From positions 1,568,001-1,632,000 of the forward strand of contig CAXXYE010000009.1 of the NCBI GenBank assembly GCA_963674865.2: 64,000 bases of DNA, given 5' to 3'. Each line of letters opens with the position of its first letter. Position 1 is the first letter of the stretch. The translations under genes were made by a program, and so were the position numbers. A model generated the notes under the pieces. It had not been told where the DNA came from. It searched no databases and saw nothing but the letters and a program-made list of their open reading frames with translations. Source of the DNA: Candidatus Hydrogenedentota bacterium. GTDB lineage: Bacteria > Hydrogenedentota > Hydrogenedentia > Hydrogenedentales > SLHB01. Positions 10,200-18,755 of the stretch are shown here, piece after piece.

Positions 10200-10466
10200 G
10201 TCGCGGCCGCCCCGCTCGGGGCTTTCGCCACGGCGGGCTAGGCACATTTCCTGCGGATGCGAGCCACGTTCCCGCACGATATCTGGGGGGCGCGAGCCCC
10301 TTCAGGGCGCCGCATTGGACGGGAAAACTCCAAGAACTGACGCAGACCTCCACCTCCTTGTCTCCGGCTCCGTCGCCCACACAACAAGATTCTGGCGCGC
10401 GGCCCGGTTGCGTAGAGCGCCTCGACAGGGCGTATACTGGCTTGCAGCCGCGGAGGAGACCTGCCC

Positions 10467-11009
10467 ATGCCCGTAAAATACCGGAGACCCGACTTCCGCG
10501 AGTCCGCATCGGGCAGCCACGGGCGATTCAATGCGGCGCCGGGCCGGCGGCCGCTCAACCCCCGCCAGCGTCTATTAATCGTCTACCTTGGCCTCTGCGG
10601 CTTCGTCGTCGCGCTCCTAGCGTTTCACGCCTTCAATCCCTTCGGGCGATTTCGAGGCCAGCCCACGCTTCAGGGCCAAGCCGTTATCCAAGCGAAGAAG
10701 GTCATCGAATCCGACGACGAGGGCCCCCAGTATTTCCTCGAACTGCGCATCGAAACAGAACCCGGCGCCGGGCTGACGGACACCGTCAAGATCGATGCCG
10801 AGCACTGGCGGCAGTTTCGGGAGGACCAGCAACTATTTGTTACGTATCAGGTTAGCCGTAGCGGAACCCGTGCCTACATCCACGCCCTCCACCCCGAGCA
10901 GGACGAGACGCCGATGCTCGAAGACGAACCGTATCCCCACGCACCTCCGGAGGAAGTCTCACGCGACGCCGCGACGCGCGTCAGCCAGGAACCGCTCTCA
11001 CCGAAATAA
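10467..11009 (+). CDS. hypothetical single-pass membrane protein
   Basis: RBS GGAGGAG upstream of ATG; one TM segment followed by a beta-rich domain. Confidence 0.7.
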   Translation: MPVKYRRPDFRESASGSHGRFNAAPGRRPLNPRQRLLIVYLGLCGFVVALLAFHAFNPFGRFRGQPTLQGQAVIQAKKVIESDDEGPQYFLELRIETEPGAGLTDTVKIDAEHWRQFREDQQLFVTYQVSRSGTRAYIHALHPEQDETPMLEDEPYPHAPPEEVSRDAATRVSQEPLSPK

Positions 11010-11277
11010 GGAGCGCCGACTCGTTTGCAGTGCCGGCTTCAGCCGGTTCCCGCCACGCCACTGCCTATGCAGAGGTGCGCCGAAGCCAGGCAGGATAGAT
11101 TCTCTGTTTCGCGAGTCTGTTGTCTTGGGGCGATGGCATACACGGTTCTTTCGGTAGCTCCTCATCTCTAAGCCCGCGCCTGTTGAGTGCTGGGTAGGAA
11201 AGGCGGGGCTCGTGCGTCCTGGTGACGTCTAAGTGTGGTAACTAGTGGGGAGCGGCGCCGCCGGACCTTCGGCTTTC

Positions 11278-11286
11278 TGGTAGAAT
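11278..11286 (+). promoter_or_regulatory. extended -10 promoter element (TGnTAGAAT) for the CBS gene
   Basis: TGGTAGAAT about 105 nt upstream of the start codon. Confidence 0.45.
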
Positions 11287-11391
11287 AGTAAGTGTGGGCG
11301 TGATAATGAGCCCGACATGCGGGGGATGGTGCGCGGTGGGCGCCAGCCATCGGCAGTTCTTGAACGGTTTGCCGCACCGGGAGGGACAGCG

Positions 11392-11967
11392 ATGGAGGAC
11401 ATACCGGTTGCCCGGGACATCATGGCGCGGCCATCGCGGGCCATGCATCCCGACATGGACATCTACCAGGCGGTGGACGTTCTCATCAGGAGGGATACGG
11501 CATCGGCGGCGGTTGTTGACGATGAGAACCGCCTGGTGGGGATTCTGACGGAGAAGGACTGCCTGCGAATTCTGGCGAACGCGGCCTATGCGTGTTGCGC
11601 GGCCCTTGAAGGCGGAAAAGTGGCCGATTATATGTCGGCGGTGACGGCGACGCTGGCGCCGAACATGGATCTGTTTACCATCGCGACGCTCTTTCTCCAA
11701 ACGGACTTCACCCACCTGCCCGTGATCGAGAAGGATGAACTCGTGGGATGCGTGAGCCGGCGGCGCATGCTGAGAGCCATCCTCGAGATGGAGCATCTTG
11801 GTGCATCGCGCAAGGCACAGGCCGAAGCGTTCCGGGAAATGGTCGAACATCCCGACTCTCTCGGGCGCATCATGAAGGTGGTCGCCGGCCAGAAGAAATC
11901 CCAACTGGCCTCGCTGTTCAGCAAGCGCCATGTTCGCCCCGGCGGCAAGGGTTCGCGCGGCCACTAG
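11392..11967 (+). CDS. CBS domain pair protein
   Basis: ARDIM, AVVDDENRLVGILTEKD, VADYMS, LPVIEKDELVGCVS; RBS GGAGGG. Confidence 0.88.
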   Translation: MEDIPVARDIMARPSRAMHPDMDIYQAVDVLIRRDTASAAVVDDENRLVGILTEKDCLRILANAAYACCAALEGGKVADYMSAVTATLAPNMDLFTIATLFLQTDFTHLPVIEKDELVGCVSRRRMLRAILEMEHLGASRKAQAEAFREMVEHPDSLGRIMKVVAGQKKSQLASLFSKRHVRPGGKGSRGH

Positions 11968-12057
11968 CCCGCGTTGTTCACCGCCCGAGACGAGCCGTTC
12001 GGCGGAATTGGCGCTGCCACGGCCGTGTTGGCTCAACATGTCGATACGTCACAATGA

Positions 12058-14565
12058 ATGCCGCGTTTTGGGGGAGGGGGGCAGGCGGCAGTGCAAGGGA
12101 TCCTCCCTTCACGTGTGAACACTTTCCGCCTGACAAGACCGTTTCCCCCCGAGGCCCAAAGGCCACGTTGTCCTCGCTTCTGCGCCGTTTCCGCCCTGGT
12201 AGTCGCCGTCGGCTTCTTGGCCGCCGCGGAGGACCTCACGTATGTCGAGGTGAGAAAAGAGGTTATCGTGCCTAATGTGAAGCGCCTCGGCGTCAATGTG
12301 CCGCGGCACTATCCGCCCGGCGCGGCGCAGATCCTCAAGAATGTGGTGGCGTGCCCGGGCCTTGAGTCCGGTTTGTTCGGCATGGTATGGCACGCGGACG
12401 CTGGCGCCACGAGCAGCCGCGTGCCTCAGGCGTTCTGGGACACGGCCTGGAACAACGACGCTTTGGGCATTGGCCATCCAGCGGATTTCTGGAACGGGGC
12501 CTCCTACGAAGTCGTGTACGGCCCCGCGAAGGGCCAAAGCGGAAGCGTTTCGCTCTTTACGCACGAGAATCAGCGCAATGTGTTCTACCTTGACGGCCCC
12601 GGGCCGGCGCCGCGGCAGTGGGACGTAATGATCACCCGCACGGCCGCCCAGGGGCCGTACGCGGCTCTGGTTGACCCAAGCACGACGCGCCCCGGCAGTC
12701 CCGGGGAGCAATCGCTGCGTCTCGTACACCAGGAACCATCCTGGCGGGCCGCCTTCGTCTACTACATGGACTCGGCGTGGGAGGGGAGCATCGGCAAGTT
12801 GATGCTTATCCAGGGGCCTTGGCGGCTCTCGTTCTGGGCGAAGGGCAAGTTCGGGGGCGAGCGGCTGCGCGTCGTCTTTGCGCGACAGGATGAAGTGGAC
12901 TTCGTTGATGAAACTTTCGTGTTGTCGAGCCGGTGGGAGGAGAAAACCGTGGACTTCCACGCCGCCGCCGGCGTGGATCGGCCGGGGCCTTATCCGGAAG
13001 GGGGCGCGCGGTCGGTACTTGCACTGAGCTTCTTCGTCGAAGACGTGGGAGGTGAGGCGTGGATCGACGATCTCGCCCTTCTTCGCACGGACTACACCAA
13101 TCCCACCGTCTTCGCCGACCCTTTTGTGGAGCGGCTCAAGGAACTGCGCCCGGGCATCCTGCGGTACTGGACGGAGCAGCTCGGCGATACGCTGGACAAC
13201 CAGTTGGCCGAGCCTTGGGCACGCAAGACGCACGGCTTCAGTCCCCACACCCGATTGGCCGACCACTACGAGTTCTCGCTTCACGAGTTCCTCGAGCTCT
13301 GCCGCGAGGTAGGAGCGGAGCCTTGGTACGTGATTCCCCCTTCCTTCTCGCCCTCCGAGCTGACGAATCTTGTGGCGTACCTGGCCGCCCCCGCGTCAAG
13401 CGGGCATCCCTACGCACTGCGCCGGGCCCGCCTGGGACAAGAGCCCCGCTGGACGAGCGTACTCGAGGAGATTCACCTCGAATACGGCAACGAGATGTGG
13501 GGAGGCGCCAGTGGCCGGGATCCATTCTTCGGTGCGTCGGCCTTGGGCGGGGAGCGCCTCGGAGCCATCGCCCACGATCGGTTCGTGGTTCTGAGATCGA
13601 GTCCGTACTACCACCCCTCTCGCTTCAACTTGATCATTGGCGGGCAGTTCGGATTCCCCGGGAGGCAGGACGAAATCGAGGCGAACAGCTCGAATCACGA
13701 TCAGATCGCGTTGTCTCCCTATTTTGGCGTGCTGGACGTATACAGCTCCGACGGGGAGATATTCCTGCCGCTTTTCGCGCGGCCCTTTGATGATGTGGCT
13801 TCAGGCCTGCTGAAACAGAGCAAAGAACTCATCAAGAAACACGGAAAACGGACTGAATTGGCCGTTTATGAGGTGAATTTCCACACAACGACGGGGGAGG
13901 CCCCGCTCGATGTCCGGAACGACTTCGTGACGTGCGCCGCCGGGGCGCTGGCCCTTCCCTTGTACATGCTGGTGCCGATGCGCGAGCTCGGCATCAGGAA
14001 TCAGTGTGCGTTCACGGCGCTGCAATTCCGCTACAGGATGCAAAACGGGGAGCACGTTCGGCTCTGGGGCATGCTGCGCGACCTCCAGGCTACCGGCCGC
14101 AAACGGCCTACGTGGCTCGGCGTCGAGTTGGTGAATCAGGCCATCATGGGCGACCTCGTCAGCACCGTGCAGAGCGGGGAGAACCCCTCCTGGCTCCAGT
14201 CTCCCCTGAATGGCGTCAGCCACACCGTCGAAGTCCACTATATTCAGTCGTTTGCGTGGCGGGATGGAGGCCGGTACGGAGTGGTCCTTTTCAACCTGGA
14301 TTTGCACGACGGGCACGCTGTGCGCCTTGTACTGCCCGACGCACCTCCTGAGGCCCCGAGTCTGCGCCAGATCGCGCCTCCGAGCATCCACGCGAATAAT
14401 GAGAGCGCCGTCAATGTATCGATCACGACGCGTGTACTTGATGATTTCGGTAGCCCCTATGATCTATCTCTGCCGAAGCACTCGGTAACGGCCGTCCTGT
14501 GGCCGGAGGGGGCCGGCGCGCCGCTGGAGGCGCGGGATGCCATTGCGGGCCACTCTATTCGCTGA
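12058..14565 (+). CDS. secreted glycoside hydrolase, GH51/alpha-L-arabinofuranosidase-like, with a carbohydrate-binding-like insert
   Basis: LKELRPGILRY, LHEFLELCREVGAEP, LEYGNEMWG, VYEVN, C-terminal LPKHSVTAV; start uncertain. Confidence 0.7.
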   Translation: MPRFGGGGQAAVQGILPSRVNTFRLTRPFPPEAQRPRCPRFCAVSALVVAVGFLAAAEDLTYVEVRKEVIVPNVKRLGVNVPRHYPPGAAQILKNVVACPGLESGLFGMVWHADAGATSSRVPQAFWDTAWNNDALGIGHPADFWNGASYEVVYGPAKGQSGSVSLFTHENQRNVFYLDGPGPAPRQWDVMITRTAAQGPYAALVDPSTTRPGSPGEQSLRLVHQEPSWRAAFVYYMDSAWEGSIGKLMLIQGPWRLSFWAKGKFGGERLRVVFARQDEVDFVDETFVLSSRWEEKTVDFHAAAGVDRPGPYPEGGARSVLALSFFVEDVGGEAWIDDLALLRTDYTNPTVFADPFVERLKELRPGILRYWTEQLGDTLDNQLAEPWARKTHGFSPHTRLADHYEFSLHEFLELCREVGAEPWYVIPPSFSPSELTNLVAYLAAPASSGHPYALRRARLGQEPRWTSVLEEIHLEYGNEMWGGASGRDPFFGASALGGERLGAIAHDRFVVLRSSPYYHPSRFNLIIGGQFGFPGRQDEIEANSSNHDQIALSPYFGVLDVYSSDGEIFLPLFARPFDDVASGLLKQSKELIKKHGKRTELAVYEVNFHTTTGEAPLDVRNDFVTCAAGALALPLYMLVPMRELGIRNQCAFTALQFRYRMQNGEHVRLWGMLRDLQATGRKRPTWLGVELVNQAIMGDLVSTVQSGENPSWLQSPLNGVSHTVEVHYIQSFAWRDGGRYGVVLFNLDLHDGHAVRLVLPDAPPEAPSLRQIAPPSIHANNESAVNVSITTRVLDDFGSPYDLSLPKHSVTAVLWPEGAGAPLEARDAIAGHSIR

Positions 14566-14599
14566 TAAAATGCCTTTCAAAGAGGGGAGGGCCGGGGAA

Positions 14600-15232
14600 A
14601 TGTTTGAGGACATCGAGAGAGCGGCCGCCGCGCTTCACGACACCAAGGCGGGATGGGTAACTCGGCGGGACGGCGCCGACGCGTTAGGCCAGGCCGCGAT
14701 GCGCGCCATCGAGGCGCTTAACGCGCACGCGGAGGAGAGGGACGTCGACGTGGGCCGAGCTGTGAAAGAGGCACTGGGGCAAGTGAGCGGGGCGTTGGCA
14801 GGGATACCGCCCACGGCCGGGGAGGCCACGCACACCTTGGAAGAGCTTGTCCGCTATTGTGAGAAGCCCGGCGAACGAAGTGTCGTAAGGGAAGGCGAGG
14901 AGTACTCGATTGAGGTGGGCCTACGCGAAGGGCGGCAGCAGGTGGTATATGTGACGCCGTTGAAGCGGCGGGACGGCGTCGAGCTTATCCAGATTTACAC
15001 GCATTGTGGGCCGTTCGACGAAGGCGCGCTGAAATGGGCGCTCGAAGCAAACATGAAGCTGGCCCAATCGGCCATCGCTGTCACGCAGGTAGATGGTGAA
15101 GAGCGATTCGTGCTGACGAATTCCTATTTTGCCTCGGAGGCCACGCCCGCCGAGGTGAAGGCGTCGGTGAAGGAAATAGCCTTCTACGGTGACTGGCTGG
15201 AGCAGAAACTGACGGGACGAGATGATTTCTGA
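14600..15232 (+). CDS. HEAT-like N-terminus plus YbjN/CesT-like chaperone-fold domain protein
   Basis: R..ADALG..A helical repeat; C-terminal GRQQVVYV...ALEANMKL...EIAFYGDWLEQKLTGRDDF pattern. Confidence 0.6.
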   Translation: MFEDIERAAAALHDTKAGWVTRRDGADALGQAAMRAIEALNAHAEERDVDVGRAVKEALGQVSGALAGIPPTAGEATHTLEELVRYCEKPGERSVVREGEEYSIEVGLREGRQQVVYVTPLKRRDGVELIQIYTHCGPFDEGALKWALEANMKLAQSAIAVTQVDGEERFVLTNSYFASEATPAEVKASVKEIAFYGDWLEQKLTGRDDF

Positions 15233-15837
15233 TGGGCAGCACCCACTACAGGCAGGAGCCCTGCGGGGCCGAGGGCTGCGATCGGCCCGCCGTGACAGGG
15301 GCGACGCAGTGCTGGGAGCATCTTGGAGAAGCTCAAGGAGCTTATGTAGACGTCCTCAAGCCTGATGACTTGGCCGGGGGCTGGTTTGTCGGGGTGGACT
15401 TTTCCGGACGCGATTGGGCGGGGGCATGTTTCGCTGGGGCGCGCTGTTCAGGCGCCGGTTTCCGGGGCGCTGACCTGCGCGGCGCGGATTTTCGGGACGC
15501 CTTTCTCGACGGCGCAGACCTCCGCGGGGCCGACCTATCAGAAGCAAACCTCGAGTTTGCCATCCTAGGTGGGGCCGACCTTTCCGACGCGCGACTGGCC
15601 AAAGCGAATCTGCAGCGCTCGAACCTGGTAGGAACCATCGGGCGCAGAGCGGACCTTAGCGGCGCCGACCTCTACTACTCGCGGCCGGGCAACTCGGATT
15701 TCGCGGCCGCGGATTTCTCCGGGGCTAACGTGCAGCGAGCGATCTTCCGACGGGCCAACCTGGCCCGGGCCGACCTGAGGGGCGCCGCCGGGACGCCGAA
15801 TCTGGAAAATGCGTGTCTTGACGGTGCAATGCGATGA
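15232..15837 (+). CDS. pentapeptide repeat protein
   Basis: Many A(D/N)(L/F)xx repeats; Cys-rich N-terminus (CGAEGC...C..H). Confidence 0.9.
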   Translation: MGSTHYRQEPCGAEGCDRPAVTGATQCWEHLGEAQGAYVDVLKPDDLAGGWFVGVDFSGRDWAGACFAGARCSGAGFRGADLRGADFRDAFLDGADLRGADLSEANLEFAILGGADLSDARLAKANLQRSNLVGTIGRRADLSGADLYYSRPGNSDFAAADFSGANVQRAIFRRANLARADLRGAAGTPNLENACLDGAMR

Positions 15838-16391
15838 TTTTCGGGCATTTTCTCACGGAAGCCAATGAATCGAACGCGTTTGTGGCTGGATGTGACGTCA
15901 CAAAGGAAGCGATTTTGGTGGACGTGGGGGCGTTCGATCCGGCCATCGACGCCTTTGTGCAAAGACATGGCCTGCACGTCGGCCTCGTCTTCGTGACGCA
16001 TGGCCACTGGGACCATACGGGGGGCTTGGGTGAGGCAGTGGCAAGGTACGGTGCGGAGGTCTTGGCGGGGAGCCGGCATGTTGGAGGGTGCCCTGCGCGC
16101 AAGATGAGCCATGGGGAAGAGGTCCGAGTCGGGCAACTCAAGGGCAAGGTGTTGGCGACCCCCGGGCACACCTCGGATGGCCTTAGTCTGGTCCTGCCGG
16201 GCATGGTGTTCACCGGTGACACGCTTTTCGCGGGCTCCATCGGCGGCACAAGTGACTCTCGGCTGGAGGTCGAGGTGATTCTACGGCACATCTTCACCCT
16301 GCCTGGCAATTATGAGGTCCACCCGGGACACGGGCCTTCGAGCACCGTCGCTATCGAGCGTCATTACAACCCGTTCTTCGTCGAGCCGTAA
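15834..16391 (+). CDS. MBL-fold metallo-hydrolase (glyoxalase II-like)
   Basis: THGHWDH, TPGHT, FTGDTLF, HPGHG. Confidence 0.92.
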   Translation: MIFGHFLTEANESNAFVAGCDVTKEAILVDVGAFDPAIDAFVQRHGLHVGLVFVTHGHWDHTGGLGEAVARYGAEVLAGSRHVGGCPARKMSHGEEVRVGQLKGKVLATPGHTSDGLSLVLPGMVFTGDTLFAGSIGGTSDSRLEVEVILRHIFTLPGNYEVHPGHGPSSTVAIERHYNPFFVEP

Positions 16392-16423
16392 GCCGTCTCG
16401 GTGGCCGAGACGCCTCGGCGAGT

Positions 16424-16583
16424 CCGCAATCGCCGACCAATTCGACTGCGCCGCGCACCGGGTATTCTGAAAGGCCTCCATCTCTTGAGATCTGCGAACC
16501 AAACTGGTGAGGAAGTCGGTTTCGCTAGTGCTTTCGCCTACGATCACTTGACGCGCGGCGCAATTGGCAACCCGGCCACCGGG
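16424..16583. mobile_element. 160-bp MITE-like repeat, copy B (diverged interior)
   Basis: Conserved ends CCGCAATCGCCG and ACTTGACGCGCGGCGCAATTGGCAACCCGGCCACCGGG; GAGT on both flanks. Confidence 0.75.
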
Positions 16584-16690
16584 GCTGAGTCAGGGGTATT
16601 GCATTTTGGCCCGAGGTCTGCCTATCATTGGGGCGTCGGCAGACGAAAGGTGTATTCGTCGGCATGAGGAACCATGGGAAAAGGGGAAAT

Positions 16691-16840
16691 ATGATGAAAC
16701 ACGTGACGCGAGTAACGAGAGTTCCGGCCAAGGCGTTCCTGCCCATCAATCATCCATCTATCTTGGACAGTATTTCGGGCTTCTTGAGCGATCCGGTCGG
16801 TACCCTGATGTTGCACTTCGACAAGACGAGCCAGGGATAG
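16691..16840 (+). CDS. small peptide, 49 aa (MMKHVTRVTRVPAKAFLPINHPSILDSISGFLSDPVGTLMLHFDKTSQG)
   Basis: RBS AAGGGG; upstream TTGCAT-18-TATCAT promoter-like motif (16599-16628); downstream CGCCC-GAAA-GGGCG hairpin. Confidence 0.65.
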   Translation: MMKHVTRVTRVPAKAFLPINHPSILDSISGFLSDPVGTLMLHFDKTSQG

Positions 16841-16987
16841 ACAGGCTTGCCGCCCGAAAGGGCGAGGTGAAAAGCATACTGCCGGCTGTTGCCCCCATGC
16901 CCAGTTGTGGGGGGCAGCCGGCAGCCTTTGTTCTGTTGGGGCCGGCGGGCGCTCTGGGAAATCGTTGCGCCAAGCCGGAGAGAGGTC

Positions 16988-17746
16988 CTATCGGGAAGGC
17001 CCTGCCGCCACGGCGAATTCCTGGAAGTCCGGTGCGGATGTGTAAGGGGGCTGCGCAAGCTGGAGCCGGGTCCGTCGGCTTAGGCCCGTGCCGGGCATCC
17101 GCTTAACGACCTCGCGAAGCAGATGCCGAGCGCCTTCCGTGTCAGCATAATGCTCCATGAGAAGCTGCGCGAGCTGGCACGCCGCGGGCCCCCATGCGGC
17201 CTCGTCATGCGGGAAGCGCCACATAACCTCGCGGAATGCCACGACGGCTTCGTCATGCCGTCCCTCACGCCACAGGAGGTTGGCCGCCGCGATAAGGGGT
17301 TTGGCGCGTTCAGGCTCTCTGTTGAAGACGATGCGCAATTCGCCGACGGCTCTGTCGACGCCTTCGGTATGGTAGAGCGTGTGGGCCTTGCTCAGGTCAG
17401 AAGGTACGAAGGACACGCCGCCTTTGGAGGTCAAACCGTCATAGGCCACGTCGACCGCGGCAGCCGCCAGGCTGCTCGTGAGCATGGGCAGGAACACAAT
17501 CATGAGGGCCACTACACCGAGTACCCCGCCGGCCGCCGCCGCGACCAACTCGTAGCCCGGCAGGGCGAAAACGACGGCTGCCTGCGTTACGCCTGCGTGC
17601 GCCACAAGCGCGAGCATGGACATCAGTACGGCCAACGACAACGGCAGGGCCCTATCGCTCTTGGCAAAGGGCGAACTCAATAGGAGCTTCAAGAGAACGC
17701 ACAGCAGCACATCTGTGAGCAGCACGGCTGCGATTCTAGCGACCAT
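16988..17746 (-). CDS. membrane-anchored tetratricopeptide-repeat protein
   Basis: Three N-terminal hydrophobic segments; TPR-like helices (GRHDEAVVAFREVM..FP). Confidence 0.7.
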   Translation of the reverse strand: MVARIAAVLLTDVLLCVLLKLLLSSPFAKSDRALPLSLAVLMSMLALVAHAGVTQAAVVFALPGYELVAAAAGGVLGVVALMIVFLPMLTSSLAAAAVDVAYDGLTSKGGVSFVPSDLSKAHTLYHTEGVDRAVGELRIVFNREPERAKPLIAAANLLWREGRHDEAVVAFREVMWRFPHDEAAWGPAACQLAQLLMEHYADTEGARHLLREVVKRMPGTGLSRRTRLQLAQPPYTSAPDFQEFAVAAGPSR

Positions 17747-17925
17747 GGCCTATCTTCCCTCCTCTGGTTGCACCTACAACCCATGTCCAGCCTCTAAGGC
17801 CGGACCGACCCCCTGGTGACAGCCGCGTCGCGTGCCGGCGCCTGCTTCGCGCGGAGCAGCTACGGCGGGCCATCTGGCCGGTTCTGGAGATGCTCTGCCT
17901 ATCGGTACACACGGCCATGTTGTAG

Positions 17926-17941
17926 AGCAACCGTCGTGCCA
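17926..17941 (-). promoter_or_regulatory. sigma54 (-24/-12) promoter
   Basis: Minus strand TGGCAC-GACGG-TTGCT, an exact consensus match, upstream of 16988..17746. Confidence 0.8.
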
Positions 17942-18215
17942 TTCTAACACGGATTGGGATGAAATACTTGCGAACCAATGGTTTACGTCGTGAAATACCC
18001 GTCTGCCGTTCGTGCGAGATACGACGGAAACGTGTACATATTGACGAATTTGGTCATACTTTTTTGCCGATCTGTGGCTCTTTACGCATTCGTCAGGAGC
18101 GATCTGCCCCCTAAACCGCCCCTCCCCCCCCGAGCGGCGGCGCAATTCTCACGGCGATCTTTCCCAGCATGGCCCCGAGCCGTTTGCAGGTGCCGCCCTG
18201 CCCTCACGGAACGCG

Positions 18216-18755
18216 CTAGTAGCCTAGCTGCTGTCTCGCGAACGCGTGCTCTTGGGAGTCTTCCGGAAAGGCGCGCATCATCTCGCGGTAGACTTGGCGC
18301 GCGCCCTGGGAGTCGCCCTTACGCTCGTAGCATCGAGCAAGGTCCGGATAGACGCCCCGTATGCCAATCCAGTCGGGGTACTCGGTAAGAATACGCTCGT
18401 AGCAGATGATAGCCTCGTCGTAATCGCCCAGTTCCTGCGCATAGAGATTGGCCATAGCCTTCAGATAGGCGGGGGTATCCTCGCTCTGGGGGGCGGCCTC
18501 GACCTTTTTCCTGTGATCCTCAATCGTCTGGAGTGTCTTCTCCCGCTCAGTCAATCGGCGCGGCGGCCGGTCGCCTCCGGGCGGAGAAATCCCGCCGGGA
18601 GGGCTTGTCCCGGGGGAGCCGGGAGCCGGACTCCCCGGCTGCTTGCCCTCCTCCGAGGTGATGAACATGTAGGCGGCGATGACAAACATGAGGCCTAGCA
18701 GAATTAAGAGGTACCAGTTATCTTTGATGACGGTCTTGGTGAATTGTCCGCTCAT
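18216..18755 (-). CDS. TPR protein with N-terminal TM anchor (copy 1)
   Basis: TM segment, Pro/Gly linker, TPR motifs (LGDYDEAIICYERIL..YP). Confidence 0.85.
   Translation of the reverse strand: MSGQFTKTVIKDNWYLLILLGLMFVIAAYMFITSEEGKQPGSPAPGSPGTSPPGGISPPGGDRPPRRLTEREKTLQTIEDHRKKVEAAPQSEDTPAYLKAMANLYAQELGDYDEAIICYERILTEYPDWIGIRGVYPDLARCYERKGDSQGARQVYREMMRAFPEDSQEHAFARQQLGY

Noticed and set aside
17978..18388. Plus-strand ORF between the TPR genes
   Set aside because: Overlaps the TPR gene antisense, low-complexity translation, and lies in a probable enhancer region
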